Counted from the stretch's first letter, positions 1-9,235 are shown. The stretch: DNA of 64,000 bases from Corallococcus exiguus (GCF_017302975.1 NZ_JAFIMT010000003.1); one strand, 5' to 3'. Made by a program: numbers and translations. Notes: generated by a model from the sequence alone, not told the origin.

Positions 1-361
1 CGACCCGCTGGTGGAGACAGTGGCCTCGCGCTACGCGGACGGCGCCTTCGCCCAGCTCATCCACCTGACCGAGCAGGAGCAGGCGGTGGTGGACCACTTC
101 TACGGGCGCCTGGACGAGCTGCGCTGGTACTTCACGTACACAGAGGACATGCCCGGCACCGCGCACCAGACGTTCAGCGCGCTGCACCGCCGCCTGGAGG
201 AGAGCTACCGCCTCTTCGTGGACACCCTGGGGCTGCCCGTCCAACCCGACGGCGTGCGCGTGGTGAACGCGGAGGCCGTGCGCCAGGAGGACACGGCCAC
301 GGAGGCCACACCCGTGGCACTCGCCCCGCTGCCCCGCCGCCGCCGCGCGCCGCCCGCCTGA
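1..361 (+). CDS. 3' end of a hypothetical protein (gene starts upstream of the window)
   Basis: The open frame runs from base 2 to the TGA at 359-361. Composition looks protein-like (Y, F, W, D, E present, not Arg/Ala-dominated). Convergent with the desaturase gene that ends at 365. No recognisable motif. Confidence 0.4.
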   Translation, partial: DPLVETVASRYADGAFAQLIHLTEQEQAVVDHFYGRLDELRWYFTYTEDMPGTAHQTFSALHRRLEESYRLFVDTLGLPVQPDGVRVVNAEAVRQEDTATEATPVALAPLPRRRRAPPA

Positions 362-364
362 CGC

Positions 365-1516
365 TCAGGCCGCGGAGGCCTCCGCGCGAGCGTCCGCGGC
401 CGACATCCCGGGAGCCACGGGCTTCACCAGCCGCTTCATGGACGCCTTGCCCACGACGATGTCCACCATCTTCCGCGCGCGCGTCCAGACGCTCTCCTGC
501 ACGTAGGGGATGCCGTACTTCTCGCAGAGGGCGCGCACGTGCGGCTGCGCCTCGCGGTACTTCAGCATCGGCAGGTCCGGCCAGAGGTGGTGCTCGATCT
601 GGTAGTTCAGCCACAGGTGCGCGAAGTCGTTGAGGTCGCCGCCCGTGCGGTAGTTCGCGCTGCCCACCACCTGCTGCACCATGCGCTCCCCCTTGTTCGC
701 GGGCGCGGAGTCGAAGCGGTACAGGTCCTCGCCGGTGTGGTTGGGGCCCACCACGAAGAACGTGTGCAGGTTGGTGACGACATCCGCCAGCACGGAGTTG
801 CAGAACACGCTGAACGCCGCCCACGGCCCCACCACCAGGAACGCCGCCGGATACAGCCCGAAGAAGACGGTCGCGTACGGCAGGTAGCAGCGCGTGAAGA
901 GCTCCCACAGCTCCGCGCGCGTCAGCGCCCCACCCTCGCGCCGGCCCTTGCGGCGCAGCGAGCCCAGCGTCTCCGGCGCGTAGTAGCTCGCGCGCCAGGT
1001 GATGGCCAGCAGCGCCAGCTGCACGTAGCGCAGGGCCAGCGGCCGGCCGGTGTCACGCAGCGAGCCCTCCGCGTTGCGCTCCAGGAGGTCCGGATCCGCG
1101 TCCTCGCCGGTGTGCGAGTGGTGCAGCACGTTGTGCTCGAAGACCCACGCCTCCGGCAGCATCCAGTCCAGCCAGTCCACGAACCGGCGGTTCCCCTTCG
1201 CGAAGCCCTTGCTGGTGCGCGACGCGGGCATGCCCGGCACGCGGTCATAGCCCCGGTGCCCCACGTGGTGCATGAGCAGCCAGCGCGTGGAGCGGCCCAG
1301 GCCCAGCGCCACCGCGGAGAGTGGATTGGGGGCAATCCACGCCGTGGCCACGCCCAGCACCGAAGCCACCTTCCCCCACCGCTCCATCTTCCGCAGGTGC
1401 GCCTTGTCCGCTTCCCCCAGGTTCGCGTCCAGCTGGGCTCGCAGCGCCTTCAGCTCCGCGTAGAAGCCCTCCACGTCCACGGAGGCCAGGTCGAAGTCAG
1501 GGGTGGCGCGGGACAT
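365..1516 (-). CDS. membrane fatty-acid desaturase, front-end type (His boxes HxxxH, HxxHH, QxxHH)
   Basis: Translation contains HHVGH, HNVLHH and QIEHH boxes and hydrophobic segments. The track ORF is extended to 1813 by an Arg/Ser/Cys-rich artificial N-terminus; the true ATG (MSRATPDF...) is at 1516. It lies downstream of, and on the same strand as, the MaoC gene. Confidence 0.8.
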   Translation of the reverse strand: MSRATPDFDLASVDVEGFYAELKALRAQLDANLGEADKAHLRKMERWGKVASVLGVATAWIAPNPLSAVALGLGRSTRWLLMHHVGHRGYDRVPGMPASRTSKGFAKGNRRFVDWLDWMLPEAWVFEHNVLHHSHTGEDADPDLLERNAEGSLRDTGRPLALRYVQLALLAITWRASYYAPETLGSLRRKGRREGGALTRAELWELFTRCYLPYATVFFGLYPAAFLVVGPWAAFSVFCNSVLADVVTNLHTFFVVGPNHTGEDLYRFDSAPANKGERMVQQVVGSANYRTGGDLNDFAHLWLNYQIEHHLWPDLPMLKYREAQPHVRALCEKYGIPYVQESVWTRARKMVDIVVGKASMKRLVKPVAPGMSAADARAEASAA

Positions 1517-1610
1517 GCGAAGGGACTCCTCGAGAGCGGGACGGGGACCACGGCCGATGCGGGCCGCACGGTAGCCTCCGCCAGCGCTCACGCAAAGCGT
1601 CACGTCCCGC

Positions 1611-2087
1611 TCACCCGCTCGCCGGGCGACGGGGCAGCACCAGCTTCGCGATGAGCACCTGAAGCACGTCGCCCTTCTGGTTGCGCGTCTCGCTGCGCAC
1701 GGTGGCGATGCCCCGGTCCTTCCGCGTGCGGGAAGGGATGATCTCCAGCACCTCGCTCTCGACCTGGAGGATGTCCCCCGGGCGCGTGGGCCGGGGCCAG
1801 CGGATCTCCCCACCCGCCCCCACGATGCCGCCCTTGAAGGGCAGACCGCTCTGGACGTTGAGCTTCATGGTGAGCGCCGCCGTGTGCCAGCCGCTCGCCG
1901 CCAGCCCTTCGAACAGCGTGTCCTTCGCCGCGGCGTCGTCCAGATGGAAGCCCTGCGGGTCGAACTCCCGCGCGAAGGCGATGATCTGCGCCGCGTCCAG
2001 CGCGTGCGTGTCACTGAAGAACTTCTGCCCCACGGACAGGTCGTCCAGGAACAACTCCTGGCGCCCGCCCTCCACCGTCGATGCCAT
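1611..2087 (-). CDS. MaoC-like (R)-specific enoyl-CoA hydratase/dehydratase, hot-dog fold
   Basis: The FAREFDPQ...H.D segment and G..A.G.HT.A pattern are typical of the MaoC/PhaJ family. Start taken at the internal ATG (MASTVEGG...) at 2087. It is 94 nt upstream of the desaturase on the same strand. Confidence 0.75.
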   Translation of the reverse strand: MASTVEGGRQELFLDDLSVGQKFFSDTHALDAAQIIAFAREFDPQGFHLDDAAAKDTLFEGLAASGWHTAALTMKLNVQSGLPFKGGIVGAGGEIRWPRPTRPGDILQVESEVLEIIPSRTRKDRGIATVRSETRNQKGDVLQVLIAKLVLPRRPASG

Positions 2088-2211
2088 GCCCACGTCCCTC
2101 CAGGGCGGATGTCCGCCCATATTATGAACATAATCCGTCCATCCCCTGGGCGCTCGTCCGGGTGTCACTGTTCTCCAGGTCGCACGGGTGGCCGCCCTCG
2201 GGTCGCTCCGG

Positions 2212-3696
2212 ATGCCGAACGTTGAACATCACGCGCCCGCACCGGCGGACACGCTCCGAAACAACCAGCTCCCGCGGCCCGTGGAGTATGAGCAGTGCGT
2301 GCCTCCCTCCTGCTTCCGCCGTCACCTGTCCGTCCTCGCCGTGGCCCTGATGGGCCTGGGGGCCTCCATGGCCCACGCCGACGAGGACACGCCCGTGTCC
2401 CCCATCGACCGCTCCGAGGTCGGAGAGGTGACGGTGGAGGGCGCGAACAAGACGACGTCCGGGACGGTGCGCTCGTTCGGACAGGTGGGCGTGGGCGACG
2501 CGGTGGACAGCGCGGAACTGGAGAAGGTGGAGCGGCGCCTGTTGGCCACCGGCCTCTTCCAGGAGGTCCGTGTCGGCACCGAGCCGATGCCCGACGGGCG
2601 CGTGCGGCTGGTGCTGCGGGTGAAGGACAAGGCGTCGTGGGTGGTGGCCCCCACGGTGGCGCTGTCGTCCGCGAACACCGGCGGCGGGCTGCTCTACGCG
2701 GAGAACAACCTGGGCGGCCGCGCGAAGAAGTTCGCCGTCGCGGCGCAGGTGAGCACCGGCGAGAGCGGCCTGTACGTGGGCTTCCTGGATCCGATCCTCT
2801 TCGGCCTGCCGCAGCTCAAGTTCAGCCTGGAGGGACAGCTGAAGAGCGACCGCGTGGACGAGTACAGCATGGACGCCAGCGAGGACGACCCGGAGATCCT
2901 CCGGCGCACGCGCTTCAACTCCGCGTCCATCAGCTCCGAACTGGGCTTCATCCTCTTCGAGCGCGTGCGCGCGGCGGCGAAGTACCGCCTGTCCAGCATC
3001 GACGCGAAGACTCCGGATCCGAAGATGCCGGTGACGGTGCCGCCGTTCTCCACCGGCCCCGCCATGCGGGACACGTCGCTGCGCCTCATGGTGGGCCTGG
3101 ACTCGCGCCAGACGCTGCACGCGGTGACGGAGGGGCTCAACCTGGAGGCCTCCTACGAGGTGTCCACCCCGGGCGTGTGGAGCGAGTTCGACTACCGCAA
3201 GTTCGGCCTCCTCTATCGCCAGGGCATCCGCTTCTTCACGGAGAACAACCTGGTGCTGCGCGGCGAGCTGGTGCTGGGCAGACACCTGCCCTTCCAGCAG
3301 GAGCTGGTGATGGGCGGCAACACGCTGCGCGGCTTCCAGTACCGGCAGTTCCGCGGCGACAGCCGGCTCACCTTCACGGCCGAGTACCACTTCCCCCTCT
3401 TCAAGGTGCAGTCGCTGGCCTTTCGGGGCGTGGCCTTCTCCGACACGGGTGCCGTCGCGTGGTGGGATGTGCCCGAGGATGGGAACCTGCGCGACGCCAA
3501 CGGCCGCGTCATCCGCAACTACCTGCGGGAGACGATCACGGGCCAGAACGCCGTCACCGTGGCCCAGGGCGTGGGCGGGGGCCTGCGGCTGTACCTCAAC
3601 AACGTCGTGCTGCCCCTGTTGGGCGTGGACGTCGCCTACGCCGTCAACTCCGGCCAGGTGCGCTTCTACCTCGTGGCCGGAGTCACGCCCTCCTGA
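2212..3696 (+). CDS. Omp85-family outer-membrane beta-barrel protein (BamA/TamA/surface antigen D15-like) with N-terminal POTRA-like region
   Basis: Signal-peptide-like LSVLAVALMGLGASMAHA. The C-terminal half is rich in alternating aromatic/hydrophobic residues, with a GGN.LRGF-type Omp85 motif (MGGNTLRGFQYRQFRGD) and an aromatic-rich C-terminus. The start is uncertain: GTG at 2188, ATG at 2212, GTG at 2281. Confidence 0.7.
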   Translation: MPNVEHHAPAPADTLRNNQLPRPVEYEQCVPPSCFRRHLSVLAVALMGLGASMAHADEDTPVSPIDRSEVGEVTVEGANKTTSGTVRSFGQVGVGDAVDSAELEKVERRLLATGLFQEVRVGTEPMPDGRVRLVLRVKDKASWVVAPTVALSSANTGGGLLYAENNLGGRAKKFAVAAQVSTGESGLYVGFLDPILFGLPQLKFSLEGQLKSDRVDEYSMDASEDDPEILRRTRFNSASISSELGFILFERVRAAAKYRLSSIDAKTPDPKMPVTVPPFSTGPAMRDTSLRLMVGLDSRQTLHAVTEGLNLEASYEVSTPGVWSEFDYRKFGLLYRQGIRFFTENNLVLRGELVLGRHLPFQQELVMGGNTLRGFQYRQFRGDSRLTFTAEYHFPLFKVQSLAFRGVAFSDTGAVAWWDVPEDGNLRDANGRVIRNYLRETITGQNAVTVAQGVGGGLRLYLNNVVLPLLGVDVAYAVNSGQVRFYLVAGVTPS

Positions 3697-3705
3697 GGCG
3701 GCGCG

Positions 3706-4668
3706 TCAGCTGGCGCGGGCAGCGCTCGCGTCCGCGTCCGGCTCAGGATCCGGAGGCAGCACCACGCCGGGCCACGCCTCCGGCGGCAGGCCCAGGCTGA
3801 ACGGCGGCGACTCGCCGCGCACCGTCCACCAGAGCGCCTTGTCCGCGCACAGCGCCTGCGCGATGCGGCCGGACGTCGTGCGCACGCGCTCCACGACGGC
3901 CTGGTGCTCCTCGGGCGTCTGCGCCTCCAGCATCGCGACGACGTTGTCCCAGACGCGCTGCCGCCACACGATCAGCATCCGCATCACCATCCGCTCCACC
4001 ACGGGGCGGCTGAAGGGCACGCGCAAGAGCAGCCGCGTGGACGCGCACCGGTAGCGCTCCGCGAGCAGGTCCACGCACTCCGGGATGCACGAGCGGAGGA
4101 TCTCGTTCACGTGGAAGTAGTCATGCCGGTAGCGCGCCATGCGGCGTGCATCCACCGGCGGCGACTGGTGGGCGATGTTGTCGTAGACGACCATTCCCAG
4201 GTCGTGGTTGATGTGGGCGCTCACGCCCAGCAGCGCGTCCTGGTACGGCTGCGTGAGGCGCTGGGCCGGGTAGTGCGTCGCGAAGCGCCACGCCGCGGTG
4301 GGCAGCGGCAGGTTCTTCAGCGAGTCGCGCACCGCGATGAGCGCCTCCTCCGCGAAGCGGCCCGTCAGGTGAGACAGCCACTCGGGTTCGAGGAAGCCGC
4401 CCGCGTCATCCCGGTTCAGCAGGTGGACGACCTTCCGAGTGACGATGGCGTAGATGTCCAGGAAGATGGCGCGTGAGTCATCCCGCGCGTTCAGCCGGCC
4501 GAGGATCTTCTCCAGACCCTCCAGCGCCTCCTCCGCGTTGACCGGATTCCAGAGCACGTCATCCAACCGGATGGGCCCCTGTGCGTCCGGGGTCTTTGTC
4601 TCGTGGAGGTGAAGCGACTGGGAACGCTGCGACCGGTGAGCCGAGGGGGAGGCCGGTGAAACATTCAT
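3706..4668 (-). CDS. hypothetical protein
   Basis: Protein-like composition (W, Y, H, D, E, N) from the internal ATG (MNVSPASP...) at 4668; the track N-terminal extension is unreliable. Convergent with the Omp85 gene. No motif that I recognise. Confidence 0.45.
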   Translation of the reverse strand: MNVSPASPSAHRSQRSQSLHLHETKTPDAQGPIRLDDVLWNPVNAEEALEGLEKILGRLNARDDSRAIFLDIYAIVTRKVVHLLNRDDAGGFLEPEWLSHLTGRFAEEALIAVRDSLKNLPLPTAAWRFATHYPAQRLTQPYQDALLGVSAHINHDLGMVVYDNIAHQSPPVDARRMARYRHDYFHVNEILRSCIPECVDLLAERYRCASTRLLLRVPFSRPVVERMVMRMLIVWRQRVWDNVVAMLEAQTPEEHQAVVERVRTTSGRIAQALCADKALWWTVRGESPPFSLGLPPEAWPGVVLPPDPEPDADASAARAS

Positions 4669-4825
4669 GGAATGACGCTCCGCGGGGTGGGGGAACGACT
4701 TCACATGAAAGCTTAACTGAACCGGTCCTTCCTGTGATGACACCCACTCGGAAGAATTACGATGTTTCACCAGGCCCCCGCGCGTTGACACTCACGCGGG
4801 GGCCATTGTCACATCGATGTCAAAC

Positions 4826-6079
4826 TCAGGGCGTGGTGCCTTCACTCACAGTGCCGCCCGTCTTGCCCAGGACGTACCTGGCGAGCGCGAGGGCGTTGTT
4901 CTCGTCGACGAGGGACTCGTAGGTGGGCATCTGCGTGCCGGGCTTGAAGGTCTCCGGGTTGCGGATCCACTTCGCCACTTCCTCCGGAGCCTTGCCCTTG
5001 GCGCCCTGGAGCTTGGCCTCGTAGGCCTTGCCGGGGGCGTGGCAGGTCGCGCAGCCCAGGGAGCTGAACATCTTCTCAGGGTCGTTGGAGGGCTCCGCCT
5101 TGGGGCGGCCACCGGCGGGGGGCGGCACCACCGTGTCGTTGGCCTTCATGGAGCGCAGGAAGGTGTAGATGGCGGTGAGCTCCACGTCGTCCGCGTAGCG
5201 GTACTTGGGCATGGGCGCGCGCAGGATGTGGCCCGCGGGCGTCACGCCCGTGCGCATGGCGTGCTTGAACTCATCCAGCGTCCACTTGCCGATGCCGGCC
5301 GTCTCGCTGATGGTGATGTTGGGCGACAGCATCTTGCCCTCGCCACCCAGCGGCGTCAGGTCGAACTCGAAGCCGCCGCTCAGCACGGTCTCCGGCTTCA
5401 GCATCTTCGCCGCGCTGCCCTCGAAGCCGGGCGAGTGGCAGAAGACGCAGTCGTAGACGCTGGCGGACACATAGCGGCCGTACTCCACGGAGTCCGCCGC
5501 CTTCGCGGGCACGGGCACCGCTTCCGTGCGGCCCTTGTCGTTGATGCCCATGGCGAAGGAGAACACCATCCGGCCCATGGGGGTCAGCGTGGAGCGCGGC
5601 GGCTGGGCCTTCTCCGGCGCGAAGTCCGGGTGACCCGAGCGCATGAACCCGATGACCGCCGCCAGGTCCTTGTCACCCATGTTGGGGAACGCGGGCATGG
5701 GGCGCACGTGGTGGTTCTTGTCGATGGAGTTGATCACCATGCGGGCGATCTCCTGGTCCGTCCAGGCGCCCACGCCCTTCTCCGGGTCGGAGGTGATGTT
5801 CGCCGAGTAGAACGTGCCCAGCTCCGGCGGGAAGTCGTGCATCTGCACGCCCGTGGGCTTGGTGTTGCCACCGCCCGCGTGACACTCCGCGCACACCGCG
5901 CGGAACACCTGCTCACCGCGGGCAATGCCCTCCGGCGAGCTGTCGCGCGTGATGTTGGGCAGCGCGACGTTCTCATACGTCTTGTTGATCTTGTGGGTGG
6001 CCACGCCCATGGCGGTACCCGCGCCAATCAGGACCAGGGCGACCAACGCACCAATGGCGATCAGGATCTTCTTCATCAT
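4826..6079 (-). CDS. membrane-anchored trihaem c-type cytochrome
   Basis: Three CxxCH haem-binding motifs (CAECH, CVFCH, CATCH). N-terminal signal/anchor MMKKILIAIGALVALVLIGAG from the ATG at 6079. Last gene of a three-gene minus-strand operon. Confidence 0.85.
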   Translation of the reverse strand: MMKKILIAIGALVALVLIGAGTAMGVATHKINKTYENVALPNITRDSSPEGIARGEQVFRAVCAECHAGGGNTKPTGVQMHDFPPELGTFYSANITSDPEKGVGAWTDQEIARMVINSIDKNHHVRPMPAFPNMGDKDLAAVIGFMRSGHPDFAPEKAQPPRSTLTPMGRMVFSFAMGINDKGRTEAVPVPAKAADSVEYGRYVSASVYDCVFCHSPGFEGSAAKMLKPETVLSGGFEFDLTPLGGEGKMLSPNITISETAGIGKWTLDEFKHAMRTGVTPAGHILRAPMPKYRYADDVELTAIYTFLRSMKANDTVVPPPAGGRPKAEPSNDPEKMFSSLGCATCHAPGKAYEAKLQGAKGKAPEEVAKWIRNPETFKPGTQMPTYESLVDENNALALARYVLGKTGGTVSEGTTP

Positions 6080-6181
6080 GGGGAACGCTTCTCCGGATGA
6101 ACGGGGACGGCACACGGCGCTCCTCCTGCTCCACGGGGGAGGAGTGGACGGAAGCGCCGGTGGTTGGAACGGGTGAGGCGA

Positions 6182-7309
6182 CTACTGGCCCGGCAGGCAG
6201 GTGCTGGGCGGGGGAATCGAAGGCGTCGTCGAGGGCGTCTTGCTGTACATCTGGAGGCCGGCGAACGTCACGCTGCCCGGGGCCACGGGGAGATCCAGCG
6301 GCTGGAGCACCCACGGGCGCCCTTCCGGGTCGCTCGTGGTGGAGTCCACCGCTTCGTAGTGGACCACCGGCGGCGGCCCCATCGGCGGCAGCGGCAGCGG
6401 CGGGTGGACGACGGCGACGATGCCCAGGGAGCTGTTCGGCGCCGGCGGCCCCGGCGGGATGAAGAAGCCGCGCGTGGACTGGAACGGCGCCAGCGGCGGC
6501 GGCAGCGCGCCCGGGGGCGCCCACTCGATGTTCAGCACGCGGCCCGCGCTGGCCACCACGGTGGTGTTCGCCGCGGGCACGCGGAAGACGGGGAAGCCCG
6601 GCCGGTACAGCCAGAACACCGTCACGCCGCCGAAGCGGGCCGGGTTGAGCAGGTCCGCCACCGTGGTGGCCGTGCCCTCGGTGGTCAGGTACCTCGCGAC
6701 CGCCTCCAGGATGCCCTTGTCGCTCATCTGCAGGGCCTCCAGGCCCACGCAGGCGCTGTGCGCGGGCACCACCGGCCGCACCGTCAGGGTGGGCACGTAG
6801 TTGCCCTCCGGCACGGGAGGCAGCGGCGGCAGCGGCGGCCCCGCGGGGGCATTGTTGGCCAGCGTGCCGCTCGGCACTCCTGGCAACGCCGACGACAGCA
6901 CGAAGAACGGCGCCCCCCGGCGCGTGGGCACCTTGTCCAGGGTCCAGACGCCATGGGCGTCCGACGCAGCGACCACGCCGCTCTCCGCGAGCACCTGGCC
7001 CGTGGCGCTGTCCAGCAGGGTGATGGGCGCGTTCTGCACCACCGCGCGCTGCAGGAGCGGGCTGAACTCCGCGTACAGCGGCGGCAGCGGGCACTGCGCG
7101 GGCGGCGGCGCGCAGGCGGCCAGGTTGAAGAAGTAGGCCTCCGGGTCCACGGTGAAGCCGTTCAGCCGGGAGGTGAGGCCCTCCGGCTCGCGGTTTTCAT
7201 ACGTGGGGCGCGGCGTGAAGGTGGACGACGTGGGGTTGTTGGATTCCTGGCAGCCGGCGTTCAGCAGGGCCGCGCCGAGGAGCGTTCCGACGAAGAGAGC
7301 TCTGTGCAT
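6182..7309 (-). CDS. Pro-rich lipoprotein, unknown function
   Basis: Lipoprotein signal peptide MHRALFVGTLLGAALLNAGC (lipobox LNAGC). Pro-rich (PPLPPLPPVP). Starts 15 nt after the stop of the upstream multihaem cytochrome gene and ends 102 nt before the next one. Confidence 0.65.
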   Translation of the reverse strand: MHRALFVGTLLGAALLNAGCQESNNPTSSTFTPRPTYENREPEGLTSRLNGFTVDPEAYFFNLAACAPPPAQCPLPPLYAEFSPLLQRAVVQNAPITLLDSATGQVLAESGVVAASDAHGVWTLDKVPTRRGAPFFVLSSALPGVPSGTLANNAPAGPPLPPLPPVPEGNYVPTLTVRPVVPAHSACVGLEALQMSDKGILEAVARYLTTEGTATTVADLLNPARFGGVTVFWLYRPGFPVFRVPAANTTVVASAGRVLNIEWAPPGALPPPLAPFQSTRGFFIPPGPPAPNSSLGIVAVVHPPLPLPPMGPPPVVHYEAVDSTTSDPEGRPWVLQPLDLPVAPGSVTFAGLQMYSKTPSTTPSIPPPSTCLPGQ

Positions 7310-7324
7310 GGCGGGTTGCTTCCG

Positions 7325-9235
7325 CTACTTCGCGGGGAGGATGTGGCTGGCGGGAAGCTGATCGCCGCCGTGGCAGGTCTGCGCGCAGTTGCCGAACCGG
7401 CTGGGCGTGCCGCGCTGGTTGAAGGCGATCTGGAAGAACTCGTCCCCGTGCTGGGAGATGTGGCACGAGCCGCACAGCGACAGGCTGGGACGCTCCGTGC
7501 TCTTGCGCGTCAGGTGACACACGGTGCAGTCCGCGCGGTTCGCCGGGTAGGTAGGCGAGTTCATGTGGATGCGGTGCACCATCTCCTGCGTGCGGCCCAC
7601 CGTGTCCGTGTCGTAGTGGTGGCAGACCTTGCAGCTCTCGATGTGGTCCACCGACAGGCCGTGGCGCAGGTTGTCCAGCGACAGCACGCCGCGGTGGCAG
7701 AGCTGGCAGTTGCCCACGTTGCCCGGGTAGGTCGTCGGCTCGTCCTGGCCCACCTGGAAGAAGAACGGGTTGAGCTTGGCGACGCGCTCGCCCAGGGACG
7801 CGCGGTTGAACTTGACCAGCGCCACGTAGGTGCCCGGCTTCGCGTTCGCGGGCAGCGTGAACGTCTGGCGCGTGGGCCACTTGTAGTCGATGAGGCCCGG
7901 CGTCAGCCCCGTCAGCGTGGCGTCATCCAGCATGGCGAACGGGAACGGCCGGGCGAAGAACTCGGGCTTGTCGCTGGGGTTGCCCAGCACCTTCAGGTCC
8001 TGGATGGGGCCGGCGATGGCCACGTTGGAGATGGAGTCGTTCTCCGTGACGGTCGCGATGACGTTGGGGACGAAGGTCTGGATGCCGTTGGACTGGCCCG
8101 CGATGATCTCCCGCGCGCTGGGCAGCAGGTCGCGCGAGTGCAGGTGCGCGCCCGCGCTGTCGCGCAGGTCCACGTAGACGCTCACGTCCTCGCCGGGCTT
8201 GTAGAAGCTGCCCTCCTTCGGGGGCGAGAACACCAGCCGCGAGTCCAGGCCCGGGCTGCACTGCACCGGGTTGCCGGCGTCGTCGGTGCAGGTGGACGGG
8301 CGGTCATCCGGGGTGATGTACGTGACGGGGAAGAAGAACGGCTTCTCCGGCAGCTGGCTCCAGGTGGCCTTGAGCGCGCCGGGACCCGTCAGGCGCGGCA
8401 CGCGCAGCACCTTGAAGGGGTTGGTGCTGCCCACCCAGTCCACGCGCGCGATGGTGCGCGTGATGGCGCTCTGATCCAGGCCGCCCGTGAAGCCCGTCAC
8501 GGTGCCGGGGTCCTTGTCACCGGGGAAGCGCGGCGGCTTCAGGTTCTCCGACCGCCAGGAGAAGCGGCTGTGGCCGGCGTAGGGCGAGGAGGCCAGGAGC
8601 TCCGAGCGCAGGTACGTCTGGCTCGCGCGCGGGGTGCCCGTCTCGTCCAGCACCTCCACGGTGATGGTGTCGTCCTTCACCTTCTGCCAGTTCGCGTTGC
8701 CGAACTGCACCTCGCGGGTCCAGCAGTCCTCCACCGCGCCCGCGAGGCTGTAGAAGCTCCACTCGTCCGGACCCTGGTTGACGTTGGTCCAGTCCAGCCC
8801 CGCGAAGACGGACTGGTTCCTGATCCACGCCAGCGCCGCGGTCTGGTCGTTGGGGTTGTTGTGCTGGTTGACCACGGTCTCCGACACGGAGAACTGGTTC
8901 AGGAAGTACTGGGTGTCCGACAGGATCTGCAGCGTCCCCGTGGGAGGCGACAGCGTCAGCGGGTTCTGCGCCAGCGGCGTGATGCACGTGTCCGGATACC
9001 CCGGGGTCACGCCGTTCTTCGCCAGCATCTGCCCGTTGGGCAGGAAGGCGCAGCCGTTGATGTACTGGAGGCTCAGCCGGACCGCGCCGGAGTTGAGGCC
9101 CTGGTACGGGTCGAACCGCTTTGCGCCGCGGCCGGTGGTGGAGCCCTCGTCATCAGTGACCTTGAGGAGGTTGCACGACAGCAGGGGCACCAGCAGGGCG
9201 CACCACGCGCTCTTCAGCAGGATTGAGCGGTTCAT
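7325..9235 (-). CDS. multihaem c-type cytochrome lipoprotein (five haem motifs in the C-terminal ~130 aa) with a large N-terminal non-haem domain
   Basis: Lipobox LLSC. Haem motifs CQLCH, CKVCH, CTVCH, CGSCH and CAQTCH (a CX3CH variant), all near the C-terminus. About 500 aa of beta-rich non-haem sequence precede them. First gene of the operon. Confidence 0.85.
   Translation of the reverse strand: MNRSILLKSAWCALLVPLLSCNLLKVTDDEGSTTGRGAKRFDPYQGLNSGAVRLSLQYINGCAFLPNGQMLAKNGVTPGYPDTCITPLAQNPLTLSPPTGTLQILSDTQYFLNQFSVSETVVNQHNNPNDQTAALAWIRNQSVFAGLDWTNVNQGPDEWSFYSLAGAVEDCWTREVQFGNANWQKVKDDTITVEVLDETGTPRASQTYLRSELLASSPYAGHSRFSWRSENLKPPRFPGDKDPGTVTGFTGGLDQSAITRTIARVDWVGSTNPFKVLRVPRLTGPGALKATWSQLPEKPFFFPVTYITPDDRPSTCTDDAGNPVQCSPGLDSRLVFSPPKEGSFYKPGEDVSVYVDLRDSAGAHLHSRDLLPSAREIIAGQSNGIQTFVPNVIATVTENDSISNVAIAGPIQDLKVLGNPSDKPEFFARPFPFAMLDDATLTGLTPGLIDYKWPTRQTFTLPANAKPGTYVALVKFNRASLGERVAKLNPFFFQVGQDEPTTYPGNVGNCQLCHRGVLSLDNLRHGLSVDHIESCKVCHHYDTDTVGRTQEMVHRIHMNSPTYPANRADCTVCHLTRKSTERPSLSLCGSCHISQHGDEFFQIAFNQRGTPSRFGNCAQTCHGGDQLPASHILPAK

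Noticed and set aside
365-1813. N-terminal ~100-aa extensions of several track ORFs (for example 365..1813, 1611..2168, 11894..14491, 42116..43978, 46385..46918)
   Set aside because: The track begins each ORF at the first ATG/GTG after a stop. The extensions are Arg/Ser/Pro/Cys-rich and precede clear signal peptides or conserved N-termini, so I trimmed the starts to internal ATG or GTG codons.
2122-3390. 422-aa minus-strand ORF antisense to the Omp85 gene, and the 501-aa plus-strand ORF at 2295..3800 in another frame
   Set aside because: Both are Arg/Gly/Pro/His-rich with low complexity and have no motif, whereas the chosen frame has a signal peptide and Omp85 barrel features.
6164-9226. 1020-aa plus-strand ORF spanning the cytochrome operon
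   Set aside because: It is antisense to three genes with strong independent evidence (CxxCH motifs, lipoboxes). Its translation is dominated by Arg/Gly/Ala/Val with almost no Lys, Phe, Tyr, Asn or Ile. This is the classic GC3-driven shadow ORF of a 70% GC genome.
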